A DNA stretch of 64,000 nt, taken from contig JBPCLI010000015.1 of NCBI GenBank assembly GCA_051003415.1, positions 4,135-68,134 on the forward strand, read 5' to 3'. The position numbers and the translations under genes are program-made. The DNA is from Chthoniobacterales bacterium. GTDB lineage: Bacteria; Verrucomicrobiota; Verrucomicrobiia; Chthoniobacterales; UBA10450. Below the pieces are notes generated by a model. That model had not been told where the DNA came from. It was given only the letters and a program-made list of their open reading frames with translations, and did no database searches. Of the stretch, positions 28,889 through 38,065 are shown piece by piece. Positions within the stretch are counted from its first letter, which is position 1. Each line of letters begins with the position of its first letter.

Positions 28889-29680
28889 TTAGACGCCGGT
28901 CCAGTAATACGGAGTCACGGCGAAGTGGTCGTAGATCTCCTTGTTCCAGGACAGGCTGTTCATGTCGGGCCAGTTCTTTTCGTCAAAGAAGGTGCCGGCC
29001 TCGATTTTGGCTTTATCGGCGTGAAGGACAAAGCCAGGGGTATCCTTTTCGCTCTGACGCACCAGCGTCCAAGGCACCATCGTCATCATGTCGTCGCCTT
29101 TTTTGATGAACTCATCCTTGAACGAGACCACCGCATAGGCGGCCTTGCCGGATTTGGCGTCGACGATCACGTCGTCGATCTCACCGATGTGGTTACCGCT
29201 CTTATCGAAGAGCTTGGCGTCGTCCACCGTGCTCATGCGCACCAGCTTCTTGTCGGTGCTGCCGGCGAAATCCTTCTTCCAGGCTTCGTCGTTTTTTGTC
29301 CAGGTGCTCTTCTCGTAGCTCTTTTCTGCGCTGAGCTTCGCCTTATCGAGCGTGGTGGTGACTTTGATCTTGCCGTCAGTCGTCGTCTTGACCGTGATCG
29401 CGTCCCAGGTCACCGGGGTAAGCTTGTCGCCGATCCCGATAAAGCCGCCGGCCGCGAGGATGGCGTGCATCATGCCGCCGGAGTTTTCGTCAAAAACCAC
29501 GTCATTGACCTGGCCGATGTCGTCACCAGTGGTGTTGTAAAGATCCGCGCCGATCAGTTGCGAGCTGCGGATGAGCTGGCCGTGGAAGCCTTTCTCATCG
29601 TGCTGTTGCCCGAGGGCGGGGAGTGCAGTCAGCCCCAGTGCGAGGCCGCAAATTGTTACGGCAGATAATAGTTTTTTCAT
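28889..29680 (-). CDS. Secreted PRC-barrel domain protein (tandem domains)
   Basis: Signal peptide. Repeated pattern LIGADLYNTTGDDIGQVNDVVFDENSGGMMHAILAAGGFIGIG and LFDKSGNHIGEIDDVIVDAKSGKAAYAVVSF. Confidence 0.8.
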   Translation of the reverse strand: MKKLLSAVTICGLALGLTALPALGQQHDEKGFHGQLIRSSQLIGADLYNTTGDDIGQVNDVVFDENSGGMMHAILAAGGFIGIGDKLTPVTWDAITVKTTTDGKIKVTTTLDKAKLSAEKSYEKSTWTKNDEAWKKDFAGSTDKKLVRMSTVDDAKLFDKSGNHIGEIDDVIVDAKSGKAAYAVVSFKDEFIKKGDDMMTMVPWTLVRQSEKDTPGFVLHADKAKIEAGTFFDEKNWPDMNSLSWNKEIYDHFAVTPYYWTGV

Positions 29681-29935
29681 AGTTTGGTTCCTTTCGTATT
29701 AGAGGCGATCCGACGCGATCGCACTCCCGCAAACTGGTTGCAAAAATGCTAAGCCAAACTGATCAAAAGAGGGAAGTCTTCGAAGGCGAAGAGAATGATC
29801 AGCTCGAACCGCTCCCTTAGGTTTCGAGTTTCTTTTGTGGCGCACGGAGAATTCCGTCGCTGTGCAACAATATACCACAGGAACCCATTTTTTCCAGTCG
29901 ATTGGCCTCATTCTCCCAGCTAATCTGGACCGCTC

Positions 29936-31567
29936 ATGACGAACGCTCAGACTGCATCTCCTTCTGCGCTGCCTTCCCCCGCCCTGGGTTGGCTGGTGAT
30001 CCTGGCTCTCGCCCGCCTGCTCCTGCACTGCGCGACGAACTGGCAGTACGGATTTCATCGGGACGAGCTCGGGCTGCTCGACGACGCGCGTTACCTCGAC
30101 TGGGGCTATGTTTCCTATCCGCCCTTCACCCCTTTCCTTGCACGGATCGCGCTCATCCTCTTCGGGCCGTCGCTGGTGGGCGTGCGTTTCTTCGCCGCGC
30201 TGGCGCAAAGCGTCGCGATGGTTTTCACCGGCTTGATGGCGCGCGAGTTGGGCGGGCGGCGCTGGGCGCAGATAGTCGCGGCGTTGGCGGCGGCGGTTTC
30301 CCCGATGGCGGTCTGCATGGGCACGATGCTGCAATACATCGCGTTGGATTATCTCTGGTGGGTGCTCGCCGCCTACGGCGTGATCCGGCTCCTGCGCTCG
30401 GACAATCCGCGCTGGTGGCTGCTGATCGGCGTCGCGCTCGGTCTCGGGATGATGACGAAATACACGATGATCTTTTTTATCGTGGGCATCGTCGCCGGTG
30501 TCGTGCTCACCCCAGCACGACGTTATCTGAAAAGCCCGTGGCTCTGGGCCGGTGCCGCGCTCTCCATCGTCATCTTTTTGCCTAACGTCATCTGGCAAAT
30601 CCAACACGATTTTATCTCCCTCACTTTCCTGAACCACATCCATGAACGCGACGTCGAGATCGGGCGCACCAGCGGCTTCTTTGTGCAGCAACTTTTCGTG
30701 AGCGCGAATCTGTTTACTCTCCCGCTCTGGCTGGCGGGACTCTGGTTTTACTTCGTTCTGCCGGCAATGCCGGTGGAGCGAGACTCTGTCGAGCGGGGGG
30801 AAGAACGCCGCCAACCGACGCCGCACCAAAGCCCAGGCTCGACGGAGTCTCGCCCTACCAGCGGAAGCGACCGACGTTATCGCGCGCTCGGGTGGATGTT
30901 TCTCGTGCCGCTCATTTTGTTTTTTCTGGCGAAAGGTCGCTTTTATTACATGGCCCCGGCTTACCCGATGCTCTTCGCCGCGGGGGCGGTGCTCTGGGAA
31001 GGCTGGCTCGCCCGGCGCAGCGAGCGAGCCGCGCGCGCCGGACGCATTGCGACCTGGAGCGCGCTCGGGGCGAGCGCAGCTATTAGCGCCCTCATCATGC
31101 TGCCGATTGCGCCGATCAATTCTGCCGGCTGGCGCCTAACGAGCAAGATTCACGATAATTTCACCGAGCAAATCGGGTGGCCGGAGCTGGCCGCGAGTGT
31201 CGCCGGAATCTATCAGGGACTGCCCGAAATGGAGAAAGCGCACACCGCCATCCTGACCGGGAATTACGGCGAAGCGGGTGGGATCAATCTCTACCGCCGC
31301 GCGCACGCTTTGCCGGAGGCGATCTCCGGCACCAACACCTACTGGTGGCGGGGTTACGGCGCGGAGCCGCCTGAGGTCGTGATCCTGGTCGGTTTTTCGC
31401 GCGCGTCCGCGGAGCGTTTCGCCAACCAGGTGGAGCTGGCCGGTCACATCACCAACCCTTATGGCGTGAGGAATGAGGAGACGAAAGATCATCCCGAGAT
31501 TTTCGTCTGCCGCGGTTTCAAGAAATCGTGGCCGGAATTCTGGAAAAATTTCCAGCGCTTTAGCTGA
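29936..31567 (+). CDS. Family-39 glycosyltransferase (ArnT/PMT-like, polytopic membrane protein)
   Basis: N-terminal FHRDELGLLDDARYLDWGYVSYPPFTPFLARI, multiple TM helices, and a soluble C-terminal domain. Confidence 0.85.
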   Translation: MTNAQTASPSALPSPALGWLVILALARLLLHCATNWQYGFHRDELGLLDDARYLDWGYVSYPPFTPFLARIALILFGPSLVGVRFFAALAQSVAMVFTGLMARELGGRRWAQIVAALAAAVSPMAVCMGTMLQYIALDYLWWVLAAYGVIRLLRSDNPRWWLLIGVALGLGMMTKYTMIFFIVGIVAGVVLTPARRYLKSPWLWAGAALSIVIFLPNVIWQIQHDFISLTFLNHIHERDVEIGRTSGFFVQQLFVSANLFTLPLWLAGLWFYFVLPAMPVERDSVERGEERRQPTPHQSPGSTESRPTSGSDRRYRALGWMFLVPLILFFLAKGRFYYMAPAYPMLFAAGAVLWEGWLARRSERAARAGRIATWSALGASAAISALIMLPIAPINSAGWRLTSKIHDNFTEQIGWPELAASVAGIYQGLPEMEKAHTAILTGNYGEAGGINLYRRAHALPEAISGTNTYWWRGYGAEPPEVVILVGFSRASAERFANQVELAGHITNPYGVRNEETKDHPEIFVCRGFKKSWPEFWKNFQRFS

Positions 31568-31646
31568 CAAAAAATAATGCGACCGGGCCAGAAAATGAGA
31601 CTGATAAATAATGGCGACCGGTTCCTGATCCCATCGCCTAGCGACT

Positions 31647-32462
31647 ATGCTGATTAAGATTGGATTCGATATTGAGTTTGAGCTGCGTGGACCGACCCCG
31701 ATGGTCCTGATGCTCTTCGTGCATCCCTCACGCCAGGGCGATCTGCGCCAACCGGAAGAATTGCAGGTCGAACCGGAGGTAGCGGTCTCCTATTACACCG
31801 ATCTCTTCGGCAACCGCTGCGCGCGGCTGCTCGCCCCGCCCGGAAACATTCGCCTCGCGCTTGAGACCTTGATCGAGGACAGCGGGGAACCCGATCCGCA
31901 ATCACCGGATGCGATCCAGCACACAATCGAGAACCTGCCCGACGAGACGCTCGCCTTCCTCATGCCGAGCCGGTATTGCGAAGTGGATAAGCTTTCCGAT
32001 ATCGCCTGGAAGCTTTTCGGCGAGACGGCACCGGGCTGGCCGCGGGTGCAGGCCATCTGCAGCTGGGTGCACAACCATATCAAATTTGATTACCAAAAGG
32101 CCAATCACACGAAATCCGCCTTCGATGTTTACAACGAGAAAGAGGGCGTCTGTCGCGATTTTAGTCATCTCGCGCTCACTTTCTGCCGCTGCATGAATAT
32201 TCCGGCGCGTTACGCTACCGGCTACATGGGAGACATCGGCGTGCCGGTCGTCCTGCCGATGGATTTCAGCGGCTGGTTCGAGGTTTACCTGGGCGATCGG
32301 TGGCACACCTTTGACGCCCGCCACAACATCCCGCGCATCGGTCGCGTCGTCATGGCGGTCGGGCGCGACGCCGCGGATGTTGCCCTAACGACAAACTTCG
32401 GGAGCGCGACGCTGAAGAAATTCTTCATCATTAGCGACGAAATCGTCGAAGTCCCGGCCTAA
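31647..32462 (+). CDS. Transglutaminase-like cysteine protease family protein
   Basis: Core EKEGVCRDFSHLALTFCRCMNIPARYATGY with the Cys nucleophile; downstream His/Asp (WHTFDARH). The TAA stop lies inside a motif copy. Confidence 0.85.
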   Translation: MLIKIGFDIEFELRGPTPMVLMLFVHPSRQGDLRQPEELQVEPEVAVSYYTDLFGNRCARLLAPPGNIRLALETLIEDSGEPDPQSPDAIQHTIENLPDETLAFLMPSRYCEVDKLSDIAWKLFGETAPGWPRVQAICSWVHNHIKFDYQKANHTKSAFDVYNEKEGVCRDFSHLALTFCRCMNIPARYATGYMGDIGVPVVLPMDFSGWFEVYLGDRWHTFDARHNIPRIGRVVMAVGRDAADVALTTNFGSATLKKFFIISDEIVEVPA

Positions 32463-32515
32463 CGACACCGTTCCCCGGAAAGCTGTGATGCTCAAAGCCC
32501 TTCCCTGCGCGCTTT

Positions 32516-33148
32516 CTACGGTCCGGTTTTTCCGGGAAGCGGACCCGCTGGATCGCAGGCGGCGAAGCCATCGATGTGGCGCGTGAGCAGACCGACCCAG
32601 CCCTCGGCGGCCCAGCGCGAATGCATTTGCGGGGCCGGAAGCAGGCGCAGATGACACATCCGGGTCCACCAGAAATTGCCCGCAAAAAGCCAGAACTCTT
32701 CCAACTGCATCCAATGGCAGCCGTAAGCATGATGCGTCTCCAGACTGGACAATGCTTTCCGCCAGCGCTCCACGGTGTAATAAGTCATCCGCTGGCGCCA
32801 GGCGGTGTTGAAGGAGCTGGGCGTAGACGCTCCCTTGGTATGAGCGTAAAGAACGAATCCCTCCAAGCGTTGGCTTTCCTGCGCGAGCACATTCAGGGTG
32901 ACCTGTTCCCAGCCTTGCTCGCTCGATGCGATCTCACTCCAACGGCCGGAGTGATCGTTCAAAAATTTGCGGACCGCCGCAGTGTTCCGATCGTTGCCGA
33001 CAAGGCCGACACCTAGTGAAAAATCTTTTTCCTCCCCGAGACCGGATGTCTTCAAGGCTTGAAGATGTTCTTGGACCGGCTGCCGCCACTCCCCATCCGC
33101 GTAGATGTGATAGAAATGATGAAGCTTGCGGTCCGTCATCGCGGCCAA
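32516..33148 (-). CDS. Hypothetical protein
   Basis: 210-aa Trp/His-rich ORF (HHFYHIYADGEWRQ...) with good GC3. No family recognised. Confidence 0.5.
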   Translation of the reverse strand: MAAMTDRKLHHFYHIYADGEWRQPVQEHLQALKTSGLGEEKDFSLGVGLVGNDRNTAAVRKFLNDHSGRWSEIASSEQGWEQVTLNVLAQESQRLEGFVLYAHTKGASTPSSFNTAWRQRMTYYTVERWRKALSSLETHHAYGCHWMQLEEFWLFAGNFWWTRMCHLRLLPAPQMHSRWAAEGWVGLLTRHIDGFAACDPAGPLPGKTGP

Positions 33149-33155
33149 ACGAGAT

Positions 33156-34262
33156 TTACTGCTTGCTCAGCCGGCGGAAAAGCCAGGTGCCGATGACGAT
33201 GAAGAGGAGGTTGGGGAACCAGACGAGCAGCTCAGGATGGATCCTGGCATTGGCCCGCATCGTGTCGGCGATGATGATGAAGAGAAAATAGAAGATCGCC
33301 ACGACCAGCCCGGTGGCGAAGCCGACCGAGGTCTCGCGCCGATGCGTGGTGATGCCTAACGGCACTCCAATGAGGGCAAATGCAATGCAGGAGAAGGGAA
33401 AAGAGAAGCGCTTGTTGATCTCCGTCTTCGTCGCACTCTGATCGCGCCGCGCGCCGGTTTTGAGCTGCTCCATCAGTTGCGAGAGAGACAGCTGGGAACG
33501 GCTCGGGCGCTTTTTTTCCCGCTCATAAAGCTCCTCGAGGCTGATCGGAAGGGTTCCTTCGGCCAGGCTGATTCCGTCCCTGATCCTCGTCAGATCGTAG
33601 GGATCCTTGGCGTCGCGTTCCTGGTAACGGGCCTCGTAGAGATGGAGGAGGAGCCGTTTGTTAGGCAAATCCGTTTCCAGCATCCCGGTCCGGGCATGGG
33701 TGACGCGGACGGGAAGATCGTGCTCGTCCATCTGGAAGACGAGGATGTTCTCCAGCTTGTTGCCCTCTTTCTTGCCGACGTAAATCTTCCGGCCCGGGAA
33801 TTGGTCGATCACTTGGTCGCCGCCAAAGAGCGCGATCGGATTCTGGGTCGCAAGATCGAAAATGCTGCTCCGCAATTTCTCCTGCGCGGCCGGCGCCACC
33901 GATACATTCAGCCAGAGACAGATCGCCGTGCTCACCACCGCCAGAAAAGCCAGCGGCACGCAGACCCGCGTCACACTTACCCCATTGGCGCGGAGCGCGA
34001 TCAATTCGTTATCCGCCGAGAGCCGGCCGAAGACCAGCAGGACGGCCGTCAAAAGTCCCCATGGGATCGTGAAGATGAGCGAGAACGGCAGAACGTAGGC
34101 GATAAACGTGATGAGAAACTCCAGCGGCACATCGTGATTCACGAGCAGCGGGAGGAGCTTGCGAAAGATATTCCCCACCACCAGGACGAGGCTCAGGACC
34201 ACGATCGCGAACAACACGTTCACGAGCAGCTCACGGCCGACGAAGCGATCGATCAATTTCAT
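33156..34262 (-). CDS. LptF/LptG-family lipopolysaccharide export permease
   Basis: MKLIDRFVGRELL N-terminus, 3+3 TM helices around a periplasmic beta-jellyroll-size insert, ~368 aa. Confidence 0.85.
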   Translation of the reverse strand: MKLIDRFVGRELLVNVLFAIVVLSLVLVVGNIFRKLLPLLVNHDVPLEFLITFIAYVLPFSLIFTIPWGLLTAVLLVFGRLSADNELIALRANGVSVTRVCVPLAFLAVVSTAICLWLNVSVAPAAQEKLRSSIFDLATQNPIALFGGDQVIDQFPGRKIYVGKKEGNKLENILVFQMDEHDLPVRVTHARTGMLETDLPNKRLLLHLYEARYQERDAKDPYDLTRIRDGISLAEGTLPISLEELYEREKKRPSRSQLSLSQLMEQLKTGARRDQSATKTEINKRFSFPFSCIAFALIGVPLGITTHRRETSVGFATGLVVAIFYFLFIIIADTMRANARIHPELLVWFPNLLFIVIGTWLFRRLSKQ

Positions 34263-34429
34263 ATTGGTAGGTAGGTCTTCATTGCTTCGACTCCGACGGC
34301 TTGTCTAGTCCCAGCCGCAACATCCCGCCTCGAAACGCCGGTTGCAGCTGCGGGAATGGATACCTCTCGCGCAACCGCGCCTACCGAGACGCTTGCTTTT
34401 CCGGCCGGGCCGGATATCGGGAGAACATC

Positions 34430-34579
34430 ATGAAATCAATCCTCACCGTTATGCTCTGCACAGGCTGCCTGCTCATTGCCGTCGTCGGCTGCACGACCAC
34501 CGTCAGCGAACCGACACCGACCACGACCACCACCACCCACTCGACCACCGTCCATAGTTCTAGCGCGACAGGTTACTAA
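34430..34579 (+). CDS. Small Thr-rich lipoprotein
   Basis: GGGAGA RBS 6-11 nt upstream of the ATG. MKSILTVMLCTGCLLIAVVGC lipobox, then a TTTT-rich tail. Confidence 0.5.
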   Translation: MKSILTVMLCTGCLLIAVVGCTTTVSEPTPTTTTTTHSTTVHSSSATGY

Positions 34580-35489
34580 GTCACCTGTGAGACCGGCTCT
34601 CCGCCCGGCCCTGCCTGCGTAGACGGAGGCCGGCTTGCCACGACCAATAAAAAGAAAAACCCACGCCACCCTGCGGCGACGTAGGCGTTCCCCCAGAATA
34701 ATCTTTAATCGGGCTAACTCACCCGTACGGAAAGGCGACTGCCATTCCCGTTAGGCGAGATCGCTGCCAACGGAGCCAGCTCCGGCGCCGAAGAGGCCGA
34801 GGCCTCCGGTTTGCTTTCAGTTGGTGGCATCGTCACTGGATCGGATGGCAGGCCACACCCTGCGAATTGCCATCCCCTGCCTGCGCGATGATCGCGAGCG
34901 TGAGGCCCGCCGCCAGACCTTCGAGCCGGGAAAGTCGAACGTTTCAATCACTTCGATTGTTGCCCCCGAGGCGATGTTTCCGGCCAGCGGCAAGGCCGCC
35001 AAGCCCACCGCGCCATACAGATGTCTTACTTTCATAATACTGATTTCCTTTCGCAGGGGTTGTTTCGTTTGTAACTCTCGATCGCGAAGGTGATGCGGCA
35101 TCCCTTCCGGCAGAATGACGAATGACCGACAACAAATGCCATCCCGCCGGCGCTACCGCGCGGAGGTAACTCCTGAGTGTCACCGCAGAAGTCAGATCGA
35201 CTGATTGGCGGTACTACGTGGCACTGGCGACGGCACACCGAAAAGTCGGGCCGGTGACGAGAGACACGCTCAGCGAGCATTGTGCCCTGGACGCTCCAAA
35301 GACCGGGCAATGCGCCGAAAAATCAGACCGGGCGCTTAAGGGCGGGTCGAGGCGCTGAAAAGGGCGCTTAGCTAGAGACGCGAATCGGAGCGTTATTCCC
35401 GAACGTCTCGCGAAAAGAATTGCTTTTTCTTTGCCGCTGCCTAAACGCTCGAAAACCATTGCCTATTCATCGGCATCAACTGGGAGGAC

Positions 35490-37253
35490 ATGAAAAACAA
35501 TAAAAATGAGATTGCGTCTGCTACCCCTGGTTCGCCTCTTCTTTCTGGCAATAATGGGACCAGCCGTCGGAAATTCCTTGGCCAAGTCAGCGCGGCACTT
35601 GCCGGAAGCGTAGTCCTGGCAAAAGCAGCCTCGGCCTCGGGGCAAACCGCTCGCGGTCTTCTCGGGGATGGGGTGGCGCAGTCGACCGCGCTCGATCCGC
35701 GGGTAAAGCGGTCTTACCAAATCCGCAAGGCAGCGGCGCTGGCGGAGGGCCACATTCCCGTCCCGCCGCACACGACGAACGGCGACGAGCAGCTGTATCC
35801 CGACAAGTCGGGCACTTACTCGAAGGGGGTTCTACAAGATGGGATCTGCCTGGTGAATCCAGACGCTTTCCGCAGTCTTCGCGAGGCGATTAATAACGGC
35901 ACTTTTGAGGCTTTCGAGAATGTGATCACGGGCGGGACTCGCACGCTCAACGGACCGCTCGGCGGGCGCGCCTTCGCCTTGGAAGGAAGCGACGATGTGC
36001 AGTTTGGGAACGCTTCGTCGCCGGCTAACCAGGTCAATCAGATAGTAGTGCCGCCCGCGCCTGCGCTCGCCAGCACCACCTACGGAACGGAATTGGTCGA
36101 ACTCTACTGGGCTTCACTGCTGCGCGATGTCGCCTTTAGCGATTACTCCACTAACTCGACAGCCATCCAGGCGGCCGCCGAGCTCAACTCCATGCCGGAA
36201 TATCTCGGACCTCGCGATGGGACCGGAACGGTCACACCAGACCTACTTTTCCGCGGCACTTATCCCGGAGACGCGGTTGGGCCCTACGGTTCCCAATTCC
36301 AACTCTTGCCGACCTTCCTCGGGGCGCAGGCCTTGAACCAACAGCTCAATTCCTACCTCGCCGGGCAGGATTTTATGACCAACGCCACCACTTTCGAGGC
36401 TGTGCAGAACGGCATCGACAGCGGTGAAGTCGTCGTGACGGATACGGTCGCGCGTTATATCACCTCGGGCCGCGATCTGGCCACCTTCACCCGGCAGGAT
36501 GTGCTCTTTCAGGCATATTTGGTCGCCTCGCTCGTTCTGAGCACCCTCAAAGCGCCGCCTAACCCGGGCAGCCCCTACATCGGCTCCACCAAGCAAAACG
36601 GCTTTGGCACCTTCGGCGGTCCCGACATGGCGGCCACACTCGCCGCCGCCGCGCGCCTCGCTATCAATAACGTCTGGTACCAGAAATGGTGGATCCACCT
36701 CCGCCATCGCCCAGAGTCCGGCGGCGGTATCGTTAGGCAGATTCTGCAGGGCTTTGGCAACACCCTCGACGGTCACGCGAATGACAACGTCCTCAATTCA
36801 CAGGCCGTCGCTACCAGCTTTAGCAAATACGGCGACTACTTCCTCTCGCAGACCTTCCCCGAAGGCTCGCCGGCGCATCCAGCCTACCCGACCGGCCACG
36901 GCACGGTCGCCGGCGCCTGCATCACCGTGCTGAAGTTCTTCTTCGACGGAAGCTACGTCATTCCCAATCCCATGTGGCCGACGGACAACGGGCTCTCGCT
37001 CGTTCCCTATACCGGCGGGGATGCAGGACAGATCACGGTCAATGGCGAACTGAACAAGCTCGCCAACAATGTCTCCTTCGGGCACGGCATTCACGCCGGT
37101 ATTCATTGGCGGACCGATACCAGCTCGTCCGTGCAACTCGGTGAAGCGGTCGCGATCAGCATGTTGCAGGATCGGGCAGCGACTTACCCGGAGAAGTTCA
37201 CGATCAGCCTAACGAAGATCGACGGCACGATCGCGACGATTTCGAACGAGTAA
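35490..37253 (+). CDS. Tat-exported vanadium-dependent haloperoxidase / PAP2-superfamily protein
   Basis: GGGAGGA RBS. Twin-arginine signal SRRKFLGQVSAALAGSVVLAKAASA. C-terminal PAP2/V-HPO boxes PAHPAYPTGHGTVAGA and FGHGIHAGIHWRTD. Confidence 0.8.
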   Translation: MKNNKNEIASATPGSPLLSGNNGTSRRKFLGQVSAALAGSVVLAKAASASGQTARGLLGDGVAQSTALDPRVKRSYQIRKAAALAEGHIPVPPHTTNGDEQLYPDKSGTYSKGVLQDGICLVNPDAFRSLREAINNGTFEAFENVITGGTRTLNGPLGGRAFALEGSDDVQFGNASSPANQVNQIVVPPAPALASTTYGTELVELYWASLLRDVAFSDYSTNSTAIQAAAELNSMPEYLGPRDGTGTVTPDLLFRGTYPGDAVGPYGSQFQLLPTFLGAQALNQQLNSYLAGQDFMTNATTFEAVQNGIDSGEVVVTDTVARYITSGRDLATFTRQDVLFQAYLVASLVLSTLKAPPNPGSPYIGSTKQNGFGTFGGPDMAATLAAAARLAINNVWYQKWWIHLRHRPESGGGIVRQILQGFGNTLDGHANDNVLNSQAVATSFSKYGDYFLSQTFPEGSPAHPAYPTGHGTVAGACITVLKFFFDGSYVIPNPMWPTDNGLSLVPYTGGDAGQITVNGELNKLANNVSFGHGIHAGIHWRTDTSSSVQLGEAVAISMLQDRAATYPEKFTISLTKIDGTIATISNE

Positions 37254-37622
37254 TTTGGACCACCATGCAGCTGGAGTTGCTCCGGATGCCTGCGTTAGCT
37301 CAAATCAGCATCTGCCGTTCGGAGTCGCTCGCGGCTTTCGCCTTCTTGAAATTCAGGTCGAGCTCGTAGTCGGGATGCTCGGCACGTTGCGTACTGTCGA
37401 GCAGACCTTCGATTGTGGTCAATTGCACGCGGGCGAACTTGCCGGCGCGGCTTTCGCAGAATCCGACTGACGCTGCATCTTTTCACCATCGCGGATGTTG
37501 GCTTGTCCAGCGAGATGAAAAGCGCGATCTCCGCTTTCCCCGTTCTCCTACGTGATCGGACGGTCGCCTCGAAATTGCAGACTCGTGAGCACAGCCGTTC
37601 TTGATTTCCCATAAACTCCTCC

Positions 37623-38065
37623 GTGGTGTTTGATTACTTCATTGGATTACTGGCCGATAGCGTCCCCTGGTTTCTCGGCGGCGCCATCTTGGAAGCTGCC
37701 TTCGAAGCCTGGCTGCCGGCATCATGGGCTATTGCGCTGGTTGAGTTCTCCGCGCGCGTCCGTCGTCCATGCCACCGTCGCCGGCGCGATCCTTCCCGGC
37801 TGCTCAATGACCACCTATCCCGTTGGCCGCAGCGTTGCAACGACGTGGAGCGCGACTCGGAAGGCTGACGGCGTTCATCATGATTTCGCCAATTCTCAGC
37901 CCGGAAAGAATCATCCTCACCGTCGCGATGCTCGGGGCGAAGCTGACCGCAGCCCGGATTGTTTTGCCCTCATCGCGACCCTTGTCAGGATCGGCAAACG
38001 GTATCTACCGTGCGGCGCTACGCATCGTCGCACCGCTTTCGCGGACGTCTTCTTCGCGGTGGTAA
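37623..38065 (+). pseudogene. Decayed permease (DUF318/ArsP-like), at least 2 frameshifts and 3'-truncated
   Basis: Three consecutive frames carry pieces of one membrane protein: MVFDYFIGLLADSVPWFLGGAILEAAFEAWLP (frame 0), VHATVAGAILPGCSMTTYPVGRSV (frame 1), and GARLGRLTAFIMISPILSPERIILTVAMLGAKLTAARI (frame 2). Confidence 0.5.
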
